Positions 40,766-53,045 of a stretch of DNA of 64,000 bases are shown piece after piece (positions within the stretch are counted from its first letter, which is position 1; each line of letters opens with the position of its first letter). The notes under the pieces were generated by a model that worked only from the letters and a program-made list of their open reading frames with translations, was not told where the DNA came from and did no database searches. Origin of the DNA: Octopus sinensis. Lineage: Eukaryota. Location of the stretch: the NCBI RefSeq assembly GCF_006345805.1, contig NC_043000.1, forward strand, positions 108,376,001 to 108,440,000, given 5' to 3'. Both the position numbers and the translations under genes were made by a program.

Positions 40766-41186
40766 GGCGCAGGAGTGGTTGTGTGGTAAGTAGCTTGCTA
40801 ACCAACCACATGGTTCTGGGTTCAGTCCCACTGCGTGTCACCTTGGGCAAGTGTCTTCTGCTATAGCCTCGGGCCGACCAAAGCCTTGTGAGTGGATTTG
40901 GTAGACGGAAACTGAAAGAAGCCCGTCGTATATATGTATATATATATATACGCGTGTGTGTGTTTGTGTGTCTGTGTTTGTCCCCCTAGCATTGCTTGAC
41001 AACCGATCCTGGTGTGTTTATGTCCCCGTTACTTAGCGGTTCGGCAAAAAGAGACCGATAGAATAAGTACTGGGCTTACAAAAAGAATAAGTTCCGGGGT
41101 CGAGTTGCTCGATTAAAGGCGGTGCTCCAGCGTGGCCGCAGTCAAATGACTGAAACAAGTAAAAGAGTAAAAGAGTAAAAGAGTAA
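40766..41186 (+). mobile_element. SINE family A, full length
   Basis: GGCGCAGGAGTGGTTGTGTGGTAAGTAGCTTGC head through (AAAAGAGT)3 tail. Confidence 0.9.
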
Positions 41187-41256
41187 TGGCCATAGTGATT
41201 ATTATTATTATTATTGTTATTATTATTATTATTATCATTATTATTATTATTATTGA

Positions 41257-41645
41257 AGGCAGAGAGCTGGTAGAATCGTTAGCATGTTGGACGAAATGCT
41301 TAACGGTATTTCGCCTGCCGCTACGTTCTGAGTTCAAATTCTGACGAGGTCGACTTTTGCCTTTCATCCGTTCGGGGTCGATTAAATAAGTACCAGTTAC
41401 GCACTGGGATTCGATATAATCGACTTAATCCGTTTGTCTGTCCTTGTTTGTCCTCTCTGTGTTTAGCCCCTTGTGGGTAATAAAGAAATAGTTATTTCGT
41501 CTGCCGTTACGTTCTGAGTTCAAATTCCGCCGAGGTCGACTTTGCCTTTCGTCCTTTCGGGGTCGATAAATTAAGTACCAGTATTAGAGTTGATGTAATC
41601 GGCTATACCCCACCCCCAAATTCCAGTTCTTGTGCCTATAATAGA
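41257..41645 (+). mobile_element. tRNA-derived SINE family B, one full unit plus a tandem partial unit
   Basis: GGCAGAGAGCTGGTAGAATCGTTAGC..GTTCTGAGTTCAAATTC (B-box-like), central GTCGACTTTGCCTTTCATCC.TTCGGGGTCGA; restarts at about 41495. Confidence 0.85.
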
Positions 41646-41665
41646 AAGGATTATTATTATTGTTA

Positions 41666-41735
<70 letters not shown>

Positions 41736-41961
41736 TGCTACTGCTGCTGTTGCTGCTACTTTTGCTCTTTCGTGTATATGCAAAAATAATGCAGAGACAG
41801 ATGGTGAGAGATATAAGGATGCGTAGATAGCCTAGAATAAGAAAAAGAAAGAGAGTTTCAGAAAGAAGATTGGAGAGAAATATTGATATGGAATGAGAAA
41901 GGGAGATTGGTGCTGATAACGAAACGGTTACTGAAAAAGGGAGAAATGGGTTTGTTCTTCG

Positions 41962-42038
<77 letters not shown>

Positions 42039-42039
<1 letters not shown>

Positions 42040-42264
42040 ATGGATGGATAGGTAGTTAGGTAAGTAGGTAGGTAAGAAGGTAGGTAGGTAGGTAGGTAGG
42101 TAGGTAGGTAGGTAGGTAGGTAGGTAGGTAGGTGGGTAGTTAGGTAAATAGATACATAGATAAATGAATAGTTATAACGAGAGAGAGAGAGAGAAAGAGA
42201 GTACGATCCTCATGCTGTGACAGAAAATTGTCTATAAGTTTATTTATCTATTTATTTATTTATT

Positions 42265-42351
<87 letters not shown>

Positions 42352-42567
42352 ATGGATGGATAGGTAGTTAAGTAAGTAGGTAGGTAAGAAGGTAGGTAGG
42401 TAGGTAGGTAGGTAGGTAGGTAGGTAGGTAGGTAGGTGGTAGTTAGGTAAATAGATACATAGATAAATGAATAGTTATAACGAGAGAGAGAGAGAGAAAG
42501 AGAGTACGATCCTCATGCTGTGACAGAAAATTGTCTATAAGTTTATTTATCTATTTATTTATTTATT

Positions 42568-42600
<33 letters not shown>
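42039..42600. repeat. Tandem duplication of an about 310-bp compound-microsatellite unit
   Basis: 42039-42265 is repeated at 42351-42568, including the unique core GAGTACGATCCTCATGCTGTGACAGAAAATTGTCTATAAG, each unit bounded by (AGAT)n. Confidence 0.9.
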
Positions 42601-42601
<1 letters not shown>

Positions 42602-42672
42602 TGTTTCTTTATTAGCCACACAGGGCTGCACACAGATAGAACAAATTACAAGGTAGACCTTTTCTTTTGAAG

Positions 42673-42713
<41 letters not shown>

Positions 42714-43012
42714 GGAAGGGGGAGTTTCGATCAAAAGGGATCGTAAAAGGAGAGAAAGAGGACAAAATAAGGGGGGTTAAAAATAAAAAAAAAAAAAAAG
42801 GGGGGGAGAGGAAAAAAAATGATCAATAGGGATCGTTATCACAGAAATGTCAATATGAAGTGTAAAGGGGAGGACAGGTGAGGTTTACCCGTGGAAAGAA
42901 AAGCCTGCGGAAAAGACCACGGTAACCTCGGTCAATGAAGTCACATTTTATATTTCTTTTTTTTTTTTTTTTTTTTTGCAAATAAGCAACTCTCTGTTTT
43001 CGATTTCTGGGT

Positions 43013-46000
43013 TCATAGGACTATGCTCAAGGTGGCTTCGTCATTCATACGTGCCATTCTTGCTACATTCACCCATCTTTTTTTAAAACATTCGCTAGAC
43101 AAAACTTGCCTCTCTACTCTCACTTTCCTTTTCAAGTGGTACTTGAAGAAGTTGATGAGAGATTGACCAGAGAGGAAAGTGTTTGTCTCCAATCCTTTCA
43201 GACGCGTCCACCAGATACATTCTTTCGCCATAGCCACAAGGATGATGAAAATAGCTCTTCCTTCCCGTTTGAAGGAAGGAGGCGTGACAATATTGACGAT
43301 AGACTCAGCTGATAAACCGACTCGTCCCACACGTGACAGCAGTTGTTCGACATAAGCCCACAGGTCGGAAATTGTTGGACACTGAACGAGTGCGTGCAGA
43401 ACGGTTTCGTCGCTCTGACCGCATCTCGGGCAGGTCGGCCCCGTGTTTCTCGAGCCGTGTCTGTAGAGCTTATCCCGAACGGGTAGCGCTTCTCGGTAGC
43501 ACTGCCAGGCCAGGGATCTCTGGAAGTTGTCCATGGGCCCTGGCCCGAAAGTCGTCCCGAACAGGCGGGTCAGGTACTCCTCGTCGACGTCCAGGTTCGC
43601 CCCGAGCTCGTCGTCGTACCTCCCCTCCACTAAACCCCTATAGAATGCTTTGGTTGTGTTGAAGTCACTTAAGGTCGACCCAGGACGGCAGAGTTGCTTG
43701 AGAGCAACGCGACACTCGCGGTGCCATTCGCCCTTCCTCGGCCTCTTTTTGATCCACGACTGCAGTTCGGTCATGGAGACGAGCTGCGGGAAAGCGTGCC
43801 TCACAAACGGCGACCACACCTGTTCACCGTCGTCTACATAGAGCCAGAGATGTCGCAGTCTCAGCGCGTGTCTGCGCATCATCAACCACGGCATGCCCAG
43901 CCCTCCTTTTAACGGGTGTTGACAGCAAATGGATCGCCTGACCATCGGGACGCATCCTTTCCACAAGAAGCGAAAGAGGATGCGTTGTAGTTTGGTGATG
44001 GTAGGGTCGGGACAAGGTACGACGGTCAGGCGGTAGTAGATGACGGACGCGATGTACGTGTTCGCCACCTCCGCTCGACCTTTTAGGGACAGTTTCCTCT
44101 CGGCCCATTGCCGGGCGAGAGTGACCACCCTACTCGTTATCTCGTTCCAGTTCTTCTCCACTTGGAGGTCCGGACCAAACCAGACCCCGAGCAACTCAAC
44201 CGGCCGTCGGTCCAGCGTCCCACGACGGAGGCGCTGGTGGACGGCATGGGCTTGCTTCTCCAGGTGCCTAGTCGCAAGCCCACTGACTTTTCCCGGTTGA
44301 TTTTCGCTCCTGTCACCGCTTCGTAGTTTTTCAGTGTCTCGCCGACCAGCTCGATGTGCTCGTGGCTAGACACTATGACGGTGACGTCGTCCGCGTATGC
44401 AGACACGCTCGTCCCGCATCCCAATTCTCGCGGGATGCCCCTTAGAGTCGCCAGCTTCCGCAGTAGTGGCTCAAGAGTCAATACGTATAGAAGCGCCGAG
44501 AGGGGCATCCCTGACGGACCGAACGTGCAATGTCGAAAGGTCTCGATAGATGTCCATTTACGCGAATTACCGAACGGATGCCTCTGTACAAGGCAGCTAT
44601 CCAGCCGCGGAAGACGGGACCGAAACCAGCCGCTCTCAGGACTGCCTCCAAGTATCGATGGTCTACCCTATCAAAGGCTTTTGATTGATCCAAGTTGATC
44701 AGGGCCCCACCCATGCCAGGTTCGTTACCTACCCTGTCTATGATGTAGCGCATCAGATGGAGGTTGTCATGGATGGTCCGGCCTGGCACGGCGCATGTTT
44801 GCGCCTTGTCGACCAGTTTCTCGATGACAAGCGCCAACCTCTTGGCTAGCACCTTGGCCAAAATTTTCAAGTCTGCATTAAGCAGAGTGATGGGCCTAAA
44901 GTTATCTATTACATTTCCCTTGTTTAGATCTTTCTTCAGCAGTGTTACGGCTCCTCGGCTCACAAAACCAGGAATGCTCCCGTTTTGCTGCCAGTTGCAG
45001 TACACCGCCGCCAAGAGATCTCCAAACAAGTCTGGCATACAATTGTAAAGCTCGTAGGGTAGACCATCCAAACCCGGTGATTTGTCCCTCGAGCATTCTG
45101 CCATCGCTTCCCGCACTTCCGCCGCCGTGATGGCACCTTCGCAGCACCCTGCCTTTCTTGTCGAGAGTCGTGGTAGGCTATGTAGGTAGGCACTGAAGTC
45201 CACCCTACGTTCTTGCCCTCCACTCGTTCCGAACAGTCGGGCAAAATGCTGCTGAAAGGCCTCACACATTTTACTTGGCTCGAGCAATTCGCGCCCCTGT
45301 TCATCTACCAGTGACCGAATGGTGGCTTTGTTGCCCTGTTGCGCCTCTGCCACCCGGGCCTCTCTCGCGGCTCCAACACCTTCGTTCCTTAGAGCACGCA
45401 TCCTAGCTCTGACAGCACATCCTTCGTGTTTGGCGTTGAAGTGTTGGTCGAGGGCCAACCTCGCCGCCAAAACGTCGGATGCGATGCCGCTTCTAATTGC
45501 CTCTTCTAGCTTCTTAACTAGCTCACCCTCTACTCTATTTCTATCTATGGCTAGTGCTTTGCTGTACCTAATCGCTTCTGCTTTTACTGCTCTCTTGAGG
45601 GCAAACCACCATTTGTTGTTGATGATGGCTCCCGTCAAAGCCCTCTTTACTAGTGTGCTAATCCGGTCTCTGAAAACTTGTCTCGATGGGAAAGACGCGT
45701 TTAGTTTCCAGTATCCGGGACCCTGCCTAAGTGTCTTACCTAAGTCTAGCGTACATGTCACAAGTTTGTGATCCGTGTAGCTGACTATGTGGAATTGTGG
45801 ACATCCTATGCTATCTCTATCTACTGTCCTACACAGTATCCTATCTAGATACGATCTCGACGACCCGATGCGGTTGCTCCATGTCCACGTTGGCGCATTC
45901 GGGTGGTCTAGTCGAAACCTGTCAGACAGTTGAAAGCGTCTGAGCAGGTCTCTGAGGCATTTGCATCCCCGTCTATTCCTATCTCTACCCACGTAGTCTA

Positions 46001-46448
46001 CATGCGTGTCCAAGGTAGCATTCCAATCCCCCACTAAGAGTAAAGGACGAGACGTTCCCAAGAAAACTTCTAGACGTTGAAAGAAATCCGCCCGACCTGT
46101 TAAGGGCGGTGCGTAAACTGATACGAGCCGAAAAGCGCACCCATTGCTGCCGTCGACATCCAGGACGACCAGTCTACCCTCCGGGTCTACGAATATTGTC
46201 CTTACATTGAGATCCAGACTCTTGTGAAAAAGTACCGCGGTGCCACTACCGCCCATTCTCGGCAGACAGGGGGAAAAATAAATGTTGAACTGTCCGCCAA
46301 ACATGGTCTTTAGGGCCCGCGGATTGTGGAGTCTGGTCTCGCTTATGGCTATGATTTCTAACTTATGTGACTTTATGTCATTTAAGAGGTACCCTTGTTT
46401 CCAAGGGGACCCCAAGCCACGCGCATTTACACAACCAATCTTGATCAT
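43013..46448 (-). CDS. LINE ORF2: APE endonuclease + reverse transcriptase + C-terminal Cys-rich zinc finger, split by two -1 frameshifts (about 44500 and 44195)
   Basis: APE motifs: NARGL, ISETR, LVSVYAP, GDWNA, YLDRI, YTDH. RT motifs: KSPGLDGLPYE, FRPITLLNADLKILAK, DQSKAFDRVDH, RQGCP/LSALLY, YADD. C-terminus: CPRCGQSDETVLHALVQC. Pieces correspond to ORFs 44478-46448, 44137-44508 and 43013-44194. Confidence 0.93.
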
Positions 46449-46475
46449 AGTTCTAATGAATTAGAATACAGAGGG

Positions 46476-47345
46476 TTACTTACTGCTCGAAAGTTTTTGC
46501 TTTCTCCTCCGTGGTTTGTCCTCGAGAAGATCCCAGTACAGTTTCTTTGTGAGATATTTTTGGCATTTACCAACCGCACTGGGGAAAATGCCTTTGAGTG
46601 TGTGGTGCAGACTTTTGGAGATGTGTATTATTTTGATGTGGTCTGGTGGTGTTGTGTATGGGTGGTTGTTTGTTTTTATGTCATCTTCTGTTATGTTTGT
46701 TTTTGATTGGATGTATTCCATCAAATTTGTGTTTTTGGTGTCTATGGCTGTGAGCATGTTTGCTGTATATGTTTTTGTGGTGTTGGTGTGGCTGTTGTTT
46801 GCGTTGGGTTTGAAATGTCTTCGGGAGATGTATTTCCCCCTGCTTTGTTCGTGTTTGCATTTGGTTTGGTTGTGTTTCTGCTCTTTATTTTCCTTCTTTT
46901 GTAGCTATTTGCCATTCCTCACTGGTTTCGTCTTCCGACGAAATTTCTGAGGAATCAGAAGGGGGTAGGGGTATGTTGTGGGCTTCTATGTATGTCTGTG
47001 TAAGTGGTTGTGTTGTTGTTTTCGTTGTTGTTGGTTGTTGAGTGTTTGTGTGTGTTGAGTGCGGTATAAGGGATGGGGGATCAGTTTGTGTGTGTTTTCT
47101 TTGTTTTTCTGTTCCTTTGGGTTTTGCTGTTGATGGTAGTGTTGGTATTTTTCCAGGTGTCGAGTGGTTTTTGGTTGATGACGGATTAGCTTGGTGTGCT
47201 TCTCTTGTCATCTTCTGTGTTGATGGTGGTGTGGGTAGTAGAGCTTTTTTTCCGGAGTGCTTTGGTTGTGGTAGTGGTTGTTGTTGTTGCTCTTGGTGTG
47301 CAGTGGTTGGGCACGTCTTTTTCAAGTGTGTTTCGCTTCTAAATT
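46476..47345 (-). CDS. LINE ORF1 C-terminal remnant (half zinc knuckle + low-complexity P/T/Q-rich region), two frameshifts
   Basis: Begins ...[11 protein letters not shown] (H-x4-C end of a CCHC knuckle) and ends ...[10 protein letters not shown], just upstream of the ORF2 ATG, as in L1/Tx1 architecture. Confidence 0.65.
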
Positions 47346-49689
47346 GATAGATACATACGTACATACATACATACATACATACATACATACATACATACAT
47401 ACATACATACATACATACATACATACATACATACATACTGAGAGAGAAAAAGGGTGAGAGAGAGAGAAGGGGAAGAATGGTAGAGTCTCAGAGAGATTGG
47501 GGGGGAATTGGGGAGCAGAAAGGAATACTAAGTTAGAGACCGAGACAGAATATAAACAACGGCGTTAGAAGTAAAATGATTGGCCTTTTAACAATATACA
47601 TAATGGAAATTATGTAAATACACGTACGAATATAGCTTAATGCATTAAGATTGTTTGAATGAGATTAAATAAAATCTTCATAAAATGTGAAATATGTCTA
47701 TTCCCCAATTTTCTGTCTACAACAAATGCCATGTGCCAAATGCAAGATAATATCTGTGACTTACAAGTTATTATTTGCGTTCTCTAGAAAATTATATTCG
47801 ATAACAGAATGTGAAGCTTCCAGCGGATGAGATATCTGTTTCGCATGTAATGGACAGTGTTTTCTTATCACCTGAAAAAGGATGGAGAATAGATATCCAG
47901 CGATCTTAAACAAGTTACTTAATTCTACTTATTCTATCTCGCCGAGTTAGAAACTAAATTTTTCAAAGATGAAATACTTTCTCCTTCGCTTATCTAGTTG
48001 ATTATCAGCCCGGTTAACTGTTTGTCTTCTATTTCTAAGTTTGCCAAAAATAAACCGATCTAATATTATAATGTGCTGTAGGAAGCATTACATATACTTA
48101 CTTAATCAGACATGCCCAATGATCTAAAAACAAAATATATTAAGAGGTCTTAAGCTAATTTTGCGTTAGTAGATAATATTTATGTTCGTATCGTATCCAA
48201 GACTTGGGCATTTAATACGCTATTCTTCCGCCAACATGACTACAAATAATGTCTGGGTCACAATTCTCATTGAATCGTTTTAACAATTATATTAATTCTC
48301 ACAGATTTCCAGCAAAAATTCTTTCATAATCGCATTACCTTAATTTAATAAAGTAGTTTATTTTTAGTGTGTATTGCTCTGAAGAATGTTATACTTCTAA
48401 GAACTAGTCATGAATTAATTTCTGTTTTTCCTGTGGAACCAAGGTTTTGCTAAAGGAGAAAATAATTATCAAATATAAGTGATCTTGTTCAGACGTGTTA
48501 GCAGTAATGCAACCGTTTTTATGCAAAATAATTTGAAGAGAGTTTCATTAATTTGTCTGGTTTATCGTACATTGCAGCCGCAGCAAACGCATCCAGCATT
48601 TCACACTAATTATAGCTTTTTCACAGCAGTATAGTATGCCTCTATATTGAGTACCACTCTTTCTATTTTTCTATTATATGAAGGAAGTCCAAAACTTGAT
48701 TTAGGCGAATAGGTTAGACAAATCTATAGAAAGCTGGTTTATAACCTTACATTATCACGTGACTGGAAATTACATGATATGAATCACATCATACTATGAT
48801 TAGTATCTCATCAATTTTGCGTGAGCATGCAGCTACATTCGAAAGTAATGAAAAAAAAAAGACATATCGTGACATTACTGCAATGATGTGATAAGATGAG
48901 TGATGTTAGATATCAGTCACCTCGTGTTGGGCTTTTAAACGTCCAGCTTGCTGAACGCTTTCTTGTTGTTGTTGATGATGATGATGATGATGATGACGAT
49001 GATGATGCTGCTGGTGGTGGTGATGGTGGTGATAGTTATCATCAACATATTCTTCATCGTTCTCCTTCTCTACAACCTCCTCCTCTTCCTGTACCTCATC
49101 ATCATCTTTATCATCACCACCACCACCACCACCAACACCACTACCACCAGGAGACAGCAGCATGCATAAAAAATATCTTACATTATGATGCCCGATGGTT
49201 TCTAATTTAGGCTCAAAGTCTACAAATTTCGAGGCAGGTAGTGTTTAGTCAATGCAATCAATTCCAGAAATTGATTGGTACTTCCTTTTATCAACTCCGA
49301 AAGGATGACAGGGAACGTTAAAGTTTATCTCAATGTGATTTGAACTCAGAACATAAAGATTAGGAATACGCAATCATGGCCGTTGGTTGAAAGATGAGTG
49401 ATATATTCTTTCTCTCTTCACAATTATTTTTTAGTTGCCTCTTTAGAGATCAACGCACTTGTTTACTACTGTTTCCATTATTTTTGGAATAATGAAAGCG
49501 AAAATTTAGCGATTTGGTTCCGAGTCAGAGGAGACAGGACGAGTTTATAATAGAAATGATAGTAAGTAAGATTAAATAAATAGATTTCAAGATTTAGTTT
49601 AACCCTTCTGGTTTGTGAATGACTTCATTGCCTAGTCAACAGAAATCAAAGCTTTTCAGTATCTTACAGTTTTTGTTTTTAGACGTAGT

Positions 49690-50420
49690 GTAGAAGGTGC
49701 ATTCCAGACATTTTCAGACATTTTACAGGACATTTATTAATTTCCAGTTACAAAACACCAATCTCCTTCATAGTAGGATCCCTTGACTTCAATGCACTTG
49801 TAGCGTTTCAGCGACTTGGTGAAGGCCCCATGGAAATAGAGGTGTCCAGGATCCTTGTCTAGTCTCCTTCATCTTCTTCAGCTTGGGAAACAACCAAAAG
49901 ATACAGAGAGCAAGGTATGGGCTTTGGGGATGGTGAAGGACAATTTTGGTGCCCATCTTTGTCAAATAGTTGATTGTCAAGATGGAATTCTGGACTAGTG
50001 CATGTGGCGTTACCTTGGTGCAAGTCGTCTGGCTGTTTGCGATGAAATCTCTTTCTGAACTCCCTAAAAACCTCCACGAACTACTTTTTCTTGACCGTCT
50101 GGCCAGAGTGAACCCAGTAGATGTAGATAATGCCCTTACTGTTGGATAATGGGTTCATCATGAGCTTACTGATGGACATGCTTTTCCTGTAATCTTGTAC
50201 CAGAAGAAAAGAGTTGCCGGCTCATACAGGTTACAGTTTCTGTAGCGTTTTCTCCCAGTTTGACACTAAACTTTATTGCATAGCATGCTTCCAAATTGTC
50301 ATCACGTCCCGGCTGCATTCTGCAGTTTATTCAGCTGTAACAGATAGTGTTTTGTAGGGTGTTTTCAAAGAGCTGTTACGGCCGTTTCCTTCAACTTGGA
50401 ATAAAAGAGAGTTTATCTTA
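49690..50420 (-). mobile_element. Mariner transposase remnant (catalytic C-terminal half)
   Basis: KGIIYIYWV..GQTV..VEVFREFRKRF, LHHPQSPYLALCIFWLFPKLK (decayed HPPYSPDLAPCDFWLFPKL). Confidence 0.75.
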
Positions 50421-51224
50421 CTTGACAATGTAAAGAGAAAGAAAGGTTGACAAGTTTAAAGAGGATAAGAATTAACATTGGACCATACTGTATGGAAATA
50501 GTATGAGCAAAATCATAGAGGTGTCTCCACCACCCAAAACTACTTGGTGTGTATATAAATATATGAGATTATATATCTTCCCTTATACTATTCAGTATCT
50601 AGTCAGTTTCTTCCTTAGGAAAAAATGTTTGCTCTGTTTTCCTTGCCATATTCTATGCACAATTGCTATAGTTCCTTTTACTTGATCAGAATCTCTCAAA
50701 TATTTTAGGTCTTAGTTAGCGTAGCCCATACAAGCCCATCTGTTGATATCACTATGCTCATTGTTATTGTTTTTCTTTAGATCTAGATCAGTCTTGATCC
50801 GACAGACCTACAATCAAAAGCCTATCGCAGCCACGATAATCTCATCTGTTTCTATGCCCGTCTTTATTGTCGTTGTTAAATTTCAGATCAGTCTTGATCC
50901 AGCAGACTTATAATCAAAGCAAACCTTGCCGTTACAACCCCATCTATTGCTATGGCTCTTCTAGTTGCTATTGTTGTTAAGCTCCATGTTAGCCATGATC
51001 AAGCAGGCCTATGAATGATTTAAAGCGGTGCAACCGTGCCTATTACATACTTTTATTTTTCTTTCTCTCAGATATTGCCTATCCTAGACTATATATTATT
51101 CAGAATGTCTTTCTTTGCTTAAAAGCTGTAGAGTATAGGCTGTGTGAATCTTAACTGCTATTTTTAGCAAATCCTTCGACCAATCAGAGGTTGGCCTTTT
51201 TACATTTTTCCTTAAGTCACCATA

Positions 51225-51599
51225 TATCAGGCTGAGTAAAAAGTAAGCAACGTTTTGAAACATGAAATTCATCACAATATATTTCAACAATACCGGAAAT
51301 TTTATTCATCAAAGTAAGTACCATTACAATCAACGCATTTTTACCAACGAGTTACAAGTTTGGTTATTCAGGTAACATAAAAATCTAGAGTTCTGGAGTT
51401 GATGAAATCTTTGAACGCCCTTTCAGCATCGCTTTGATTTTTTAACTCCTTCTCTCGCAGGAAACATTTGGGTAAATCTATGTCTGTGTTATCAGACAAT
51501 TGCAAAAAAATGTTTCTAAAAAATTCAAAACTTTGTAAAAATCCGGTACAAATTCTTCATGGTTCAAAACGTTGCTTACTTTTTACTCAAGCTTCTGTA
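51225..51599 (-). mobile_element. Internally deleted mariner / MITE with about 33-bp TIRs
   Basis: TIRs CAGGCTGAGTAAAAAGTAAGCAACGTTTTGAA and TTCAAAACGTTGCTTACTTTTTACTCAAGC; minus-strand remnant REKELKNQSDAERAFKDFINSR..TRW.KCVDCNGTYFDE*. Confidence 0.75.
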
Positions 51600-52129
51600 G
51601 TAACATATTTAAAAGCTTTCTAGTTCTGATTTGCCATAACGTGTTTTCTTTCAATTCCATCTATTATGATCAAGTAGAAGAAAAACCTCTGGTCCTAGAT
51701 AATACCATTATTGTTGTTACTACTTCCTTCACCGTTCTCGCTATTGTTTGTAGTTGTTTACTAAGTTCCTATCAGTGCTATAGTTACTAAATTATTGATG
51801 TTGTTTCTATGTTCATTGTTGTTATTATTGTTGTCGTCGTTTAGCCCCCATGTTAGGTTTGATCCTGCTGGTCAAAGATCAAACCCAGAATGTACTTTCA
51901 ACTATATATATATATTACTCAAAGTGTCCTTTCGTGTACAAAAAGAAACAAGACTAGGTGTCACTTAAGGATACTTAGCACTATTTCTAGCAAGTTGAGT
52001 GACCACGTATAGTCTCCCTCTTTTATTCGTTGTTATATTCATATGTTGATTCTTCAAAATTCTTTTCTGTTGCAGTTGTGATTGCTAGTAGCAACCAACT
52101 CCTTTTTATCCACTATCATTTCTTTATCA

Positions 52130-53045
52130 ATGTATCTTTTGGAAGAGCGAGCCCTTTTATCAAAGAGCAAGTTCCTCACCAATGCGTGAACTCCTTATGA
52201 AAGAGCAAGCCTTTCATCAAGGGGTGGGTATCTTATCAAGGAGCAAACCTCTTATTGAAGGGCATGCATCTTATCGGAGAGCACGCACCTTATCAAATGG
52301 TAAGCACATTAGCAAAGAACACGCTTTTCATCAAAGTGTAGATGCCTTATTATATAGCAAGCCCTTTATCAAAGAGTAAACATTGTATCAAATCTAAGCT
52401 GTTTTTTTACAGTATACACTCCACTTATCAAGAGATAAGCACCTTATCAAAAGTGAATCTCTCATCAAAGGTATATCTATAATGAAATGGAGCACTTTAT
52501 TACAGAGAAGCATTTTATCACAGGTAAGCACCTTATCAACAAGTAAGCACTTTATCACAGGCAAGCAGCTTATCAACATATAAGGACTTTACCATAGGTA
52601 AGCACCTTATCAACCGTTAAGCACTTTATCAACATATAAGCACTTTATCATAGCTAAGCACCTTATCAACAGGTTAGTACTTTATCACAGATAAGCACCT
52701 TATCAACAGGTAAGCATTTTATCAACATATAAGCACTTTATCATAGGTAAGCACCTTATCAATAGGTAAGCACTTTATCACAATTAAGCACCTTATCAAC
52801 AGGTAAGCACTTTATCAAACTTCTCATCAAATGTAAACATCTTACCAAATAATAAATTCCTGATCAAAAGAGTAAAATTCTGATCTATAACATTTCATCA
52901 CAGATAAGCACCTTATTTAGAGAAAAGTACTTAATCCAAGGATAAGACTCATAGCAAAAGTAAACACTTTATCAAAGGTAAATATATGATAAACGCTTTA
53001 TCAAAGATGGAAGGTAAACACTTTACCTACAGGTAGGCACATTAC
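52130..53045. repeat. Minisatellite of 18/19-bp units (TAAGCAC(C/T)TTATCA(A)C/TAG..), homogeneous core 52500-52820, decayed edges
   Basis: Directly visible tandem units, e.g. TAAGCACTTTATCAACATA, TAAGCACTTTATCATAGG, TAAGCACCTTATCAACAGG. Confidence 0.9.

Larger units (their letters stand above)
42601..47345 (-). mobile_element. L1/Tx1-clade non-LTR retrotransposon, 5'-truncated within ORF1, with ORF2 and 3' UTR
   Basis: ORF1 C-terminal part (47345-46476), short spacer, ORF2 (46448-43013), T/pyrimidine-rich 3' UTR ending ...GGCTAATAAAGAAACAT into (ATCT)n. The 5' junction lies in (GTAT)n/ATCTATC. Confidence 0.92.

Noticed and set aside
40766-40840. tRNA genes at SINE heads (also 63681-63760 and others)
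   Set aside because: A/B-box-like heads run directly into SINE bodies and lack a complete cloverleaf acceptor stem.
43013-46448. Bacterial contamination or horizontal transfer, suggested by the GC-rich island
   Set aside because: The content is a typical eukaryotic L1/Tx1 ORF2, and a diverged family member is present elsewhere in the window.
43106-46950. Plus-strand ORFs overlapping the LINE (e.g. 45319-45771, 44354-44698, 46516-46950)
   Set aside because: Antisense shadows of the GC-rich ORF2 and the AC-rich ORF1.
52130-53045. CRISPR-like array
   Set aside because: Units are contiguous with no unique spacers, there are no cas genes, and the context is eukaryotic.
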